56,242 nt of DNA from Acidobacteriota bacterium (lineage in GTDB: Bacteria > Acidobacteriota > Polarisedimenticolia > JAPUKU01), in assembly GCA_027295505.1 (NCBI GenBank), contig JAPUKU010000056.1, positions 1-56,242 on the forward strand, written 5' to 3'. How positions within the stretch are numbered: position 1 is the first letter of the stretch; each line of letters opens with the position of its first letter. The notes beneath the pieces are model-generated. The model ran no database searches and had not been told where the DNA came from. It saw only the letters and a list, made by a program, of their open reading frames with translations. Below are positions 44,748 through 53,675 of the stretch, one piece after another. The translations under genes were made by a program, and so were the position numbers.

Positions 44748-46064
44748 ATGAAATTACAATATCTATCAATTATTTTATTGATATCCGTTTTGACGGCTCC
44801 GCCGTGTGCCGCTGCGCTCTCACGCCCTCAAGCTTTCGAACCCCTGGGCCCTCCCATCCACGAGGAATCGGCACAGCCTCATTTACAGAGAGCTCTGGCT
44901 CACTTCTTTAACGCCGAGTTCGAACCGGCTATTCGCGGTTTCCGGCGCGCTCTGTCCATCTCGCCCGATCTTGCAGAAGCCTACAAGTACCTGGGAGTCT
45001 GCTTTGTGGAGACCGGGAAAGTGGAAGACGCGATCAAGACCTATCAGCAGGGTCTGACCCATGGCGCCAGCGATCCGGAACTACATTACTTCCTCGGCCT
45101 GGCCCACCTGCGACTCGGCAACCTCGAGAAGACGGTCATGTCCTATCGGGAAGCACTGCGCCACGCTCCGAATTACCCCGATTTGTATTTCAACCTCGGA
45201 GTCGTGTACGACCTAATGGGGCAGTACGAAGACGAGATCGAGGCGTATCAACGCTACTCGGAACTCCGCCCGGATAGCCCCGAAGCGCACTATAACCTGG
45301 GCGTGGTCTACGGTCGGCTGGGGAAGACCGAGAAGGAGATTTTCCATTACCAGCGGGCCGTAGCGCTATCCCCGGAGTACGCGGACGCGTCCTATAACCT
45401 GGCGGTGGCTTACGGGCGCGCGGGACGATCGGATGAGGAGCTCGGCGCCTACCGTGCCGCCATCAAGGCGCAGCCCGACTTCGCGGAAGCCCACTATAAC
45501 CTGGCGATCGCTCGCAAGGAGCGGGGGGATCTCGAGGGGGCAGTCGACTCATACCTGGCGGCCATCGAAGCCAACCCGGGAGACGCACGGTCCCTGCACA
45601 ACCTGGGTGTGGTTTACGGCCGGCTGGGCCGGCTCGAAGATGAGATCGAGGCGTACCTTGCCGCCCTGAAGCTAAACCCAGACGATGCGGACACCCACTA
45701 CAACCTGGGAATCGCTTACAGCGACCTGGGGGACAACGCGGGTGCCGTGGACGAATACCGGGCGGCGCTACGCCTCTCACCGGACCACGCCAATGCCCGT
45801 CACAACATGGCGGTGGCGTACCAGCGCCTGGTCTACCGGGCCATGGCGGATGAGAACATGGAGCAGGTCCTCTCGCTCGTCCGTGAGATCGCAAGTCTGT
45901 CTGAACCGAGGACTCTTCCAACCCTGAGAGAGGCGTACCTCTGGGCTGGCAGACACGCCTCGCCCCACTCCAGCCCTGAGGAGCGCGCGGCCTACGATCA
46001 GCTCATGAATGAAGTAGTACAGGCACTTAAGGGGATGGGAGTTGCTGCACACCTCGATCAATAG
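44748..46064 (+). CDS. Exported tetratricopeptide repeat protein
   Basis: Signal peptide; about 9 34-aa repeats (A.YNLG..Y...G...E.I..Y..A). Confidence 0.9.
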   Translation: MKLQYLSIILLISVLTAPPCAAALSRPQAFEPLGPPIHEESAQPHLQRALAHFFNAEFEPAIRGFRRALSISPDLAEAYKYLGVCFVETGKVEDAIKTYQQGLTHGASDPELHYFLGLAHLRLGNLEKTVMSYREALRHAPNYPDLYFNLGVVYDLMGQYEDEIEAYQRYSELRPDSPEAHYNLGVVYGRLGKTEKEIFHYQRAVALSPEYADASYNLAVAYGRAGRSDEELGAYRAAIKAQPDFAEAHYNLAIARKERGDLEGAVDSYLAAIEANPGDARSLHNLGVVYGRLGRLEDEIEAYLAALKLNPDDADTHYNLGIAYSDLGDNAGAVDEYRAALRLSPDHANARHNMAVAYQRLVYRAMADENMEQVLSLVREIASLSEPRTLPTLREAYLWAGRHASPHSSPEERAAYDQLMNEVVQALKGMGVAAHLDQ

Positions 46065-46171
46065 ATCTCAGCCCCATAAACCGTTCTAATTTGAAACGAT
46101 AATGCTCTAAGTCAAACCCTCAGGCTCCGGCTTGACAGCAGGGTAGTTTCATTTCTATACTTCGGCCGTCA

Positions 46172-47215
46172 ATGACGCTCTCCAGGCACCTGCATGGGGT
46201 CGATGCCAGTCGGTCAGACAGGCTCTCCCGCTGGGCTCCACTCCTGCTTTCCAGCCACCCGTTCCCGAAGCACGAGGCCCTCGCCGCGGCCCCGTTCGAC
46301 CGTGCCCGTCTGCCGTCCAGGCCATGGTTCTCGCCTGCATCGGTGCCGGGACAGAGCGAGACGGTAACCCTGGAAGACCTGCTGGCGGGCATGGCCGGAT
46401 CTCGGGAAGCCGCGGCCCCAATCCTCGAGAAGATCGCCTCCTCTCCCGGGGGAGAATGGATCGATTTCCTTGCCGCTTCCCAACTACGTCCGGCTTCGAG
46501 CCCCGTGTCGATCGGCGCCTTTCATGTCCTGGTGCCGTTGCCGGGAGAGCAACAAGCTCTGTTCGTATGGTACGGCCAGCGCCTGCCGCAGCTCGAGAAC
46601 CGCTGCGCCCTCATGCAGGAAGAGCTGGAGCGTGCACGCCGCGCCCTGGCGCAGCTCGAGTCGGGACTGCGCCGGGAACGTGCCCGGGTAGAGACACTGC
46701 TGGAGGCCTGCACAGAGCCCGCCTCGATCCAGGACCCCGCCTACCGCATCGTCGCCCAGAATGGCCCCCACCGTCGGATCTTCGGCGACCGGAGGGGCGA
46801 TCTCTGTCATGAAGTGTACCGGAGGCGGGAGCTGCCCTGTGAGGGGTGCCCCATGGCGGAGGCGCTAGAAACCCGGCAGCCCGCGTGTCTGGAGGATCAG
46901 CCCGGGGAGGGCCCGCTCTCAGGTCTGGAAGTGAGGATCCGGGCCCTGCCACTGTTCGCGCCCGATCACTCCCCTGGCGGCATCGTCGAAGTTTTCGCGT
47001 CCTCTGAAACCCGGATCGCGCTTCCGGATACGGACGCCCACGCCCCAGCACAGAGCCTCCGCGACTACCAGATGCAGCACATCCAGGAAGTCCTCGCGCG
47101 CTGCGGGGGAAACCGTGCCGAGGCGGCTCGGCAGCTTGGAATCAGCCGCGCCACTCTCTGGCGCAGGCTCGGCACCCACCCCACGCGTCCCCCCGAGGCC
47201 TCCCGTAGCGCCTAG
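46172..47215 (+). CDS. PAS domain + Fis-type HTH protein lacking an AAA+ domain
   Basis: Coiled coil, PAS with CHEVY..PCEGCP, GGNRAEAARQLGISRATLWRRL; promoter TTGACA-N18-TATACT at 46132-46161. Confidence 0.72.
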   Translation: MTLSRHLHGVDASRSDRLSRWAPLLLSSHPFPKHEALAAAPFDRARLPSRPWFSPASVPGQSETVTLEDLLAGMAGSREAAAPILEKIASSPGGEWIDFLAASQLRPASSPVSIGAFHVLVPLPGEQQALFVWYGQRLPQLENRCALMQEELERARRALAQLESGLRRERARVETLLEACTEPASIQDPAYRIVAQNGPHRRIFGDRRGDLCHEVYRRRELPCEGCPMAEALETRQPACLEDQPGEGPLSGLEVRIRALPLFAPDHSPGGIVEVFASSETRIALPDTDAHAPAQSLRDYQMQHIQEVLARCGGNRAEAARQLGISRATLWRRLGTHPTRPPEASRSA

Positions 47216-47940
47216 ACACCCCCGTTTTCGCGCAGGCACCGGTTCATTTCAGCCAGAGACCGACGCGGTTCACCTGCTTCGTATAACCAGTGACGAAGGT
47301 TCCTTTTCAGGCTCTGCCAGTCTCGATCGAGCACGGCGTACCACGAGGTGTCACGGTTTCTGCCTTTGACGACCATGTGCTGCTTGAAGGTTCCTTCGTA
47401 CTCAAAGCCAAGCCTCAACGCCGCCTGGCGCGAGCGCCGGTTGAGGGAGTCGCACTTCCACTCCACCCTCCGATACCCCAGGTCGTCGAAGGCATACGTC
47501 ATCATGAGATAGATCGCTTCTGTATTGACACGGGTCCTCTGCGCGAACGGCGCATACCAGATGTTGCCCAGTTCCAGGCGGCGCATGGCGGGCACCATGT
47601 TCAAGAAGCTGACCATGCCGACGCATCGCCCCCGGGCGGCCTCGATGACCGTGAAGAACAGGGGATCGCTCGAGTCCTGAACTTTCCCCAGCCACCTCTT
47701 CATGGCTTCCTCATCGGAGAACGGCCCCTGGAACAGGTAGGTCCAGACGCGGCGTGCCTCCTTCGATCCGTGGGAAACCTCGAATAGCTCGGCAGCATCG
47801 GCCTCCGCATCGAGAGGGTTCAGGGTGACCATGCGGCCACTCAGCGCCCGACGGACCGGAGGTTCAGCCGGAATTCCTGGCACATTCCCCCCTACGGGCA
47901 GCGCTTCATTGCCCGGCCCGGCCTGCAGATTCTTCGACAT
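47212..47940 (-). CDS. GNAT family N-acetyltransferase (RimJ/RimL-like)
   Basis: LGYRRVEWKC, N..S..AA.RLGF.YEG, KGRNRDTSWY. Confidence 0.88.
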   Translation of the reverse strand: MSKNLQAGPGNEALPVGGNVPGIPAEPPVRRALSGRMVTLNPLDAEADAAELFEVSHGSKEARRVWTYLFQGPFSDEEAMKRWLGKVQDSSDPLFFTVIEAARGRCVGMVSFLNMVPAMRRLELGNIWYAPFAQRTRVNTEAIYLMMTYAFDDLGYRRVEWKCDSLNRRSRQAALRLGFEYEGTFKQHMVVKGRNRDTSWYAVLDRDWQSLKRNLRHWLYEAGEPRRSLAEMNRCLRENGGV

Positions 47941-47941
47941 C

Positions 47942-48640
47942 TCATTTCTCGATGGCCCCGCCGATCTCATCGAGGTGACGGCGGAACGAGTAGGAAGGGT
48001 CCCGGGCGCGGCGCTCGAGATATTCATGGAAGTGCAGCTGGTCTCGCAAACGATTCCCTGATCCCAGGGAACGCGCCTGACAGAGCTCGGTGGCGGCGAT
48101 CGATTTCGCTGCAGTCAGGACCCCGTCCAGTGCCCTGGCCGGTATGAAGATTGCGCCGTCGCTATCCCAGAAGACGATATCCTCCCGTCCAACTGCTAGC
48201 GTTCCAACAACCGCCCGCTCGAGAGCATCCGGCTCCCGGGAATCCAGCCGCCGGGGGCCCATCAGACAGGCGCCGTAGCTGAAGATCGGCAGGTCGATCG
48301 ACACGAGCTCGCGTGTGTCACGGTGTGCACCCCACACGAGGATGCCGGCAAGTCCGGCCGCCTGCGCCTCGAGGGTCACCAGGTCGCCGATGCACCCCTC
48401 GTCTTTCCAGCCCTGATTGTCGATCACCAGCACGTCGCCCCCTTCAGCCGTTCCAAGAGCCTCGAGAAAAACATCGACGCTTCCCGCGTGCCGGGCAGGC
48501 AGAACCCTGCCGGCGGCTTTCATGTGCGGCACAAGAGGCTTTCCTCCCGGCGGTGCACAGCGAATCTCCACACCGGTGCTCAGACACGCATCGAACAGCA
48601 GCGGGGTGGTCAGGGATGTGAAGGCTTTCCCGGCTGTCAT
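47942..48640 (-). CDS. RraA / HMG-aldolase family protein
   Basis: GDVLVIDN, GDL, WGAHRD, DSDG motifs; SD GAGGAGG. Confidence 0.85.
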   Translation of the reverse strand: MTAGKAFTSLTTPLLFDACLSTGVEIRCAPPGGKPLVPHMKAAGRVLPARHAGSVDVFLEALGTAEGGDVLVIDNQGWKDEGCIGDLVTLEAQAAGLAGILVWGAHRDTRELVSIDLPIFSYGACLMGPRRLDSREPDALERAVVGTLAVGREDIVFWDSDGAIFIPARALDGVLTAAKSIAATELCQARSLGSGNRLRDQLHFHEYLERRARDPSYSFRRHLDEIGGAIEK

Positions 48641-48759
48641 GGTCAGGCGCTGCCTCCTCTCCCTTCATACATTAGGGTACACAAATACACTGGCTTGACG
48701 AACTCTCCGGGCAGACCTGGCCACCCCGAGCCCCCACACCCTGCTCACATCAAACGACC

Positions 48760-50211
48760 TCAGATGTTGGGGCTGTTCAGGCGTCGGTGCTGCGTCCGCA
48801 ACCGAGGGGGGGAATCGGAAACAGCATTCAGGATCCGCATGAGCCCCCAGTAGACCAGGCCGGGAACCACGCAGGCCGCCATCGAGGCCGGCATGAACCG
48901 GAAGAGGTAATGAGTTTCCGAAGTCAGGGGGTTGTACATCGATAGATAGACGAACTGTCCCAGGACCAAGCATCCCACTGCCACCCAGTTGAAACCATAA
49001 GAGTAATGGTATTCACCCTTAGGATCGTCGTCAAAGAGCGACCACAGGTTCAGGCGCTGCTTCCTGAGAAAGAAATAGTCGGCGAAGAGAATCCCTGACA
49101 GCGGCGCGTACATGGTGCCGTTGTAGGCCAGAAACGTGTCGCCCAGGTCATACAGGTCGTGCGGCCAAAACACGAATGGCAGGCACGGCACGATGGTCCA
49201 GGCGATCACCACCCACCAGGGTGCAAAGCGCAGGGAGCGCAGGTGCCGCAGCGACAGACCCGTGGCGTAGAGGGAGACCGCCGATGAGGTCACGTTCGCC
49301 AGCGCCACGAAGATGAGCGCCAGAACCCCCATGACGACGCCTCCCAGAGGCACCATCCACTCGGTCGGGTCAGCGGTCTTGACCACCAGCGCCGAGAACA
49401 GAGAGACACAGCAGACGACCGACATGAACAGACCCAGCTGCAGGATCTCCGGGTAAACCGCGTCACGGCGCTTACGTGTGTTCCGGGCCAGGAAGCCGAT
49501 CCCGCCCCACCAGGAAAATCCGGACGCTACGCCCATCTCAAACACAATGAAGTAATTGATCAGCGGATCGGGGCCGGGATCCAGAGGAGGTGCCTGGAGT
49601 ATCGCCTGCCAGCCGTACTTCTGGATCAGCATGTAGAACATGAAGACGCTGAGCAGTCCCAGCCCCGGGGCGATGATGGCGTTTGTGATGTTGAGCAGGT
49701 GCACGCCTCTCGTCACCAGAAGATAAGAGAGCCACAGGCCGAGCCCCACGCCGGCGCCGACCACCCAACCGGCCGGCTCATATCCCAGCGCCCGCACGAT
49801 GTTACGGATGCCGTTGCCGAACATCACCAGAATCAAGCCCGTCCAACCGAGCATGTTGATGATGTAGAACACCAGAACAAGCTTTGATCCCCTCTGTCCG
49901 AAGGAAGATTTGCAGTACTCGATCTGCTCCAGCCCGTAGCGCTGGCAACCGAGCGACAGGGGCATCGTGGTCAGGAAGACACCCACCAGGTTGCCGCCGA
50001 TGAGGCACACGATCCCCTGCACGGCTCCGACCCAGCTAGCGGCATAGCCGCCGATAAGGAAGCACCAGGTCGCCACCGCATACGCAAAACAGGTGGCGTG
50101 GGCGCCCCAGGGGCCGTACTCGCGCTCCTGAGGCAGCAGAGGCAGGCGCCCGAATACGCTCTCTTGCCGTATCAGCTGCCCGGCGTCAGGCTGGGAGGCC
50201 GCGGGGTTCAC
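48760..50211 (-). CDS. NCS1 (cytosine/purine permease) family transporter
   Basis: About 12 TMs; YGL..SFGQRGS, ANVTS, ADYF motifs. Confidence 0.82.
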   Translation of the reverse strand: MNPAASQPDAGQLIRQESVFGRLPLLPQEREYGPWGAHATCFAYAVATWCFLIGGYAASWVGAVQGIVCLIGGNLVGVFLTTMPLSLGCQRYGLEQIEYCKSSFGQRGSKLVLVFYIINMLGWTGLILVMFGNGIRNIVRALGYEPAGWVVGAGVGLGLWLSYLLVTRGVHLLNITNAIIAPGLGLLSVFMFYMLIQKYGWQAILQAPPLDPGPDPLINYFIVFEMGVASGFSWWGGIGFLARNTRKRRDAVYPEILQLGLFMSVVCCVSLFSALVVKTADPTEWMVPLGGVVMGVLALIFVALANVTSSAVSLYATGLSLRHLRSLRFAPWWVVIAWTIVPCLPFVFWPHDLYDLGDTFLAYNGTMYAPLSGILFADYFFLRKQRLNLWSLFDDDPKGEYHYSYGFNWVAVGCLVLGQFVYLSMYNPLTSETHYLFRFMPASMAACVVPGLVYWGLMRILNAVSDSPPRLRTQHRRLNSPNI

Positions 50212-50235
50212 AGGGAGTGATCCGGGGGCTCCCGA

Positions 50236-50439
50236 TCAGACAAACATCCACAGAAAGATGTGGGGGAGGATGAGGAAGGCGATGATGCAGAACACCCAAT
50301 CGAGCATGGTGAAATTCCCGAACGAGGAATCTTCGAGGTTTTCCAGGATCTCGATGCGCCTTTCGAGCTCACGGACCAGAAGCTCATGCTCGGCGGCATG
50401 CCGACCGGTGGATGGAGCGGTGGACGTCTGCGGTTTCAT
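50236..50439 (-). CDS. Small membrane protein (67 aa) upstream of the NCS1 permease
   Basis: Coiled N-terminus (ELERRIEILE), FTMLDW, single C-terminal TM; promoter TTGAGG-N17-TAGGAT at 50473-50501. Confidence 0.65.
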   Translation of the reverse strand: MKPQTSTAPSTGRHAAEHELLVRELERRIEILENLEDSSFGNFTMLDWVFCIIAFLILPHIFLWMFV

Positions 50440-50535
50440 GAGATGCCAGCGACGTGCGCGGTGAGATTACCTATCCTAGCAGGGGGTTCGGGGATCCTCA
50501 AGCCCGTGGAACGCGGGTTCTGATCTCCCGCCTCT

Positions 50536-51894
50536 TCAGGAGGTGATCTCGTCCAGAAATTCTTCGAGTACCGCCACGTAACGACCCATGTCGCCGGCAG
50601 TGGCCGGAAACGACGCTGCAGGACCCGCGCTCGAAATCGCCTCCCAGATTCCCCGGTTTGCGAAGTAGACGCGCATGAGCCCGCGCAGTTCTGGATTCTC
50701 TACCGCACGGGCTTCAAGCGCATTGCGCGGCAGCTGCGGCGCAAAGGTGTAACCCGAGCGACAGAACAACCTCTGGACCGACCACGCCAGATTCGCCTTC
50801 TGGAAGGCCGCCTCAATGCCATCCGCCAGCCTGCCGCCCAGGGCGGCTCCCCGTGCGTATGTTTCCTCGGTGAGCACCTGCTCGAGCGTGGCACGTGCCG
50901 CTGCCAGCGAGAGGGCGTTGCCGAACAGGGTGCCTCCCGTCGCCACCCCCTTGCCCGAGTCTTGGCCCGCAGGATCAGCCTGCCAGCCCCCGCGGAGGTG
51001 ACACCCTATTTCCTCAGCCATACCGTAGGTGCCGATCGACACGCCACCCGCCAGACACTTTCCGAGCACGATCATGTCCGACTCGATCCCCCAGGCCCGG
51101 GTCAGTCCTCCGTAAGCGCACACCTGCGTATGCGTCTCGTCCAGCACGACCAGGGTTCCGTGGCGGTGGGCGATCTCTTTCATGGCATGCAGGAACCCGT
51201 CATCCGGCAGGATGACTCCAATGTTAGTGAGCGCCGGTTCGGTGACCACACAGGCCACATCACCGTCACCGAGAACCGACTCCACGGCGTCCAGATCGTT
51301 GAACTGCACGATACGCGTGCACTCGGCTGCTCCTCGCAGCAAACCAGCGGTCCCGGGCCGCACTTCACCGTCCTCGAGCTCGACCAGAGATTCGTTGATC
51401 TCGCCGTGGTACTGCCCGTCAAATAGCAGCACGGTGTCGCGGCCGGTCACGGCTCTCGCCAGGCGGATGGCCTCGATGTTTGCCGTCGAGGCCGAGAGCG
51501 TGAATTGCCAGTGCGAATGGCCGTAGCGTCGCGCCAGCTCCTCGGCCACGACGAGCGCATCCTCCGTGGGCAGCAGGAACTGGCTGCCCTGCTTCATGCG
51601 CTCGGCTACCGCCCTCACCACCGGTTCCGGCCCGTAGCCGCAGTTCATGCTGAGATCAGCCTGGTTCATGTCGAGATACCGATGCCCGTCGACATCGGTG
51701 AAATAGGCGCCGCTCCCCCCGGCGATAAACATCGGCATGTGCTCGTAGAGGGACAGCATCCAAGACATCGGCACGCCCCCTGGCATCGAGCGGCGCCCCC
51801 GTTCCAGCAAGGATCGAGAGCGCGGGCGCTCCGTCACGAAGCGTTCTTGCTCGCGGATCAGGATTTTGCGAACTCTCTCGCCTGGAATCATCAT
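50536..51894 (-). CDS. Class III aminotransferase (GSA-like transaminase)
   Basis: GVPMSW, DVDGHRYLD, YHG, EPALTN, DETHT, LGKCLAGG, GGTLFGN. Confidence 0.85.
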   Translation of the reverse strand: MMIPGERVRKILIREQERFVTERPRSRSLLERGRRSMPGGVPMSWMLSLYEHMPMFIAGGSGAYFTDVDGHRYLDMNQADLSMNCGYGPEPVVRAVAERMKQGSQFLLPTEDALVVAEELARRYGHSHWQFTLSASTANIEAIRLARAVTGRDTVLLFDGQYHGEINESLVELEDGEVRPGTAGLLRGAAECTRIVQFNDLDAVESVLGDGDVACVVTEPALTNIGVILPDDGFLHAMKEIAHRHGTLVVLDETHTQVCAYGGLTRAWGIESDMIVLGKCLAGGVSIGTYGMAEEIGCHLRGGWQADPAGQDSGKGVATGGTLFGNALSLAAARATLEQVLTEETYARGAALGGRLADGIEAAFQKANLAWSVQRLFCRSGYTFAPQLPRNALEARAVENPELRGLMRVYFANRGIWEAISSAGPAASFPATAGDMGRYVAVLEEFLDEITS

Positions 51895-51977
51895 CGATTC
51901 ATCAATTCTAGCAGCAATGAACTGCATTGCTGCGGCAGGACTCGACGAACCACTGTGCGAACCCTACATTGCTCAGC

Positions 51978-52577
51978 ATGGGACCGGCGCGCACGAGCCC
52001 TCTGCACTGCGCCGGCTCGAGTTCATGCTGGCCTCGAGCCATCCTGATGCTTCCGGTGGCGTGGTGGACGCTGACGCTGACCACAGGAGTTTCGTCCTAC
52101 TGCTTTCTCGATCTCGTGAACCTTGCCTTCCACGAGGCGGGTCATCTGATCTTCAGTTTCGCCGGAAGCACGCTGCAATACCTGGGCGGCACACTGACCC
52201 AAATTCTGGTGCCCGTGCTGCTCGCGGGAAACTTTCTCCTCCGTGAGAAACAGCCATTCGCAGCCGCTGTGTGCTCCTGGTGGGCGGGTGAAAATCTCAT
52301 CAACATTTCCGTCTACATGGCTGATGCGCGCGCTCTTGCCCTACCCCTCGTCGGAGGGGGCGATCATGACTGGAACGAGCTGTTCCACCGCTTCGGTCTT
52401 CTCGGAGAGCCTTTGGTACGCACAGTCTCTGCCGCCACGCACGCGCTCGGTGTCACCGTGATGCTCGTATCCCTTGCCTGGTGCATCTACTTCGTGCTGC
52501 CCGCTCCGGCCCGCGGTCGTGTCCATGAAAGCTTGGCTTCCCGCTGGCCCTGGATGGAAACGCTCCTGGCGGAGTGA
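51978..52577 (+). CDS. Conserved hypothetical membrane protein (HEAGH, M50-like)
   Basis: NLAFHEAGH, LGGTLTQ, YMADA, HDWN; several TMs. Confidence 0.7.
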   Translation: MGPARTSPLHCAGSSSCWPRAILMLPVAWWTLTLTTGVSSYCFLDLVNLAFHEAGHLIFSFAGSTLQYLGGTLTQILVPVLLAGNFLLREKQPFAAAVCSWWAGENLINISVYMADARALALPLVGGGDHDWNELFHRFGLLGEPLVRTVSAATHALGVTVMLVSLAWCIYFVLPAPARGRVHESLASRWPWMETLLAE

Positions 52578-52598
52578 CGGGCGGACCGACGAAGGCTC

Positions 52599-53585
52599 TC
52601 AACTCCGGCCTGCGACCCGCACGTTTTCGACCCGCACCCGGACCCGCTTCTCCCAGATCTTGATCTGATCAGCAGCCCAGGCCGCCTGCGATTTGTCCCC
52701 GGAACGAGCCTGCTCCAGCATCCGTGCCCAACGATCGAGGCAGACGAGCAAGGTCTCGAACTCCCAGAGACCCGGTTCCGGGCTCTTGCCTCCCTGCTGT
52801 TCGTACATCTCCAGGAACCGCGATACGCGGCACGGGTCCAGATCGAGAAGCCGGACCGCCACCGCGGAGAGCTCGCATTCCCGCCGGTCATAGCGCATAC
52901 GATAGAGATCGAGGAGGCTCACATGGCCGTCCTCGTGGACGAGAACGTTGTTGAAATGCAGATCGTTGTGCAAGAGCTGAAAGTCCCGCAGCGCCTCGAG
53001 CCGCGGCTTCCAGGCAGCAAGAGCCACCAGGAGATCTCGGGCTTCTTCCCGGGTGAGACCTTCCACGAGCGACAGGCGGCGAACGATCTGGCGCGCCATT
53101 CGTAGACGAGACCCGGCGTAACCGGTGCGCTTCCGCCGTCCGAACGTCCCCCACGAATCTCGATGCTCGGAATGCAGTCTCGCGAGGCTGCCGGCCAGCT
53201 GGTCTAAGGCCGGTGTCCGATCATGCGCCTTCCCTAGCGGAACACCCTCGAGGAATTCCTCCACCGCCACGTACGCCCCGCGCCAGAGCCTGCCCATGTG
53301 CGAGGTGTTGCACAGCAGTAAACGTGGCACCGGCACTCCGAGGAACTGCAGCTTGCGCGTGGACTCGCGCAATCTCACCAACCGGTTGCGGAGGGCGAAG
53401 ACGCGCAGGACGGCGAGAGTGCGGCCTTCAGCCTGCACCATGAACGTTCGCCCGCCGCGGCCAGAGGGTGGCCGCACGAGCCGGAGCTCATGTTCTGTGT
53501 CGACCGCCAGGGCGCGCCGCAGCAACCGGCGGCTGCGACGCTCCAGCCGGGCCATCCGCGAATCAGCGGCCGGGGGATGGTTCAC
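52599..53585 (-). CDS. Aminoglycoside phosphotransferase / choline kinase-like protein
   Basis: GVPVPRLL, LARLH, HNDLHFNNVLV, LLDL. Confidence 0.8.
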   Translation of the reverse strand: MNHPPAADSRMARLERRSRRLLRRALAVDTEHELRLVRPPSGRGGRTFMVQAEGRTLAVLRVFALRNRLVRLRESTRKLQFLGVPVPRLLLCNTSHMGRLWRGAYVAVEEFLEGVPLGKAHDRTPALDQLAGSLARLHSEHRDSWGTFGRRKRTGYAGSRLRMARQIVRRLSLVEGLTREEARDLLVALAAWKPRLEALRDFQLLHNDLHFNNVLVHEDGHVSLLDLYRMRYDRRECELSAVAVRLLDLDPCRVSRFLEMYEQQGGKSPEPGLWEFETLLVCLDRWARMLEQARSGDKSQAAWAADQIKIWEKRVRVRVENVRVAGRS

Positions 53586-53675
53586 CGTTGGGTTCCGGGG
53601 ATCGGGGTCACGATGCGTGGAAGAGCCGTTCCGCCTTAGCGGGTCCCACCCGACCGCCCCGGAAGTCGGGGGTCG

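Noticed and set aside
45160-45830. Repeated DNA words (tataacctgg/caacctggg) at about 102-bp spacing, CRISPR-like at first sight
   Set aside because: The period equals 34 codons, i.e. TPR protein repeats.
52599-53585. APH-family kinase as an antibiotic resistance gene or part of the RiPP system
   Set aside because: Only the generic kinase fold is evident, and it lies 8 kb from the RiPP locus in another transcription unit.
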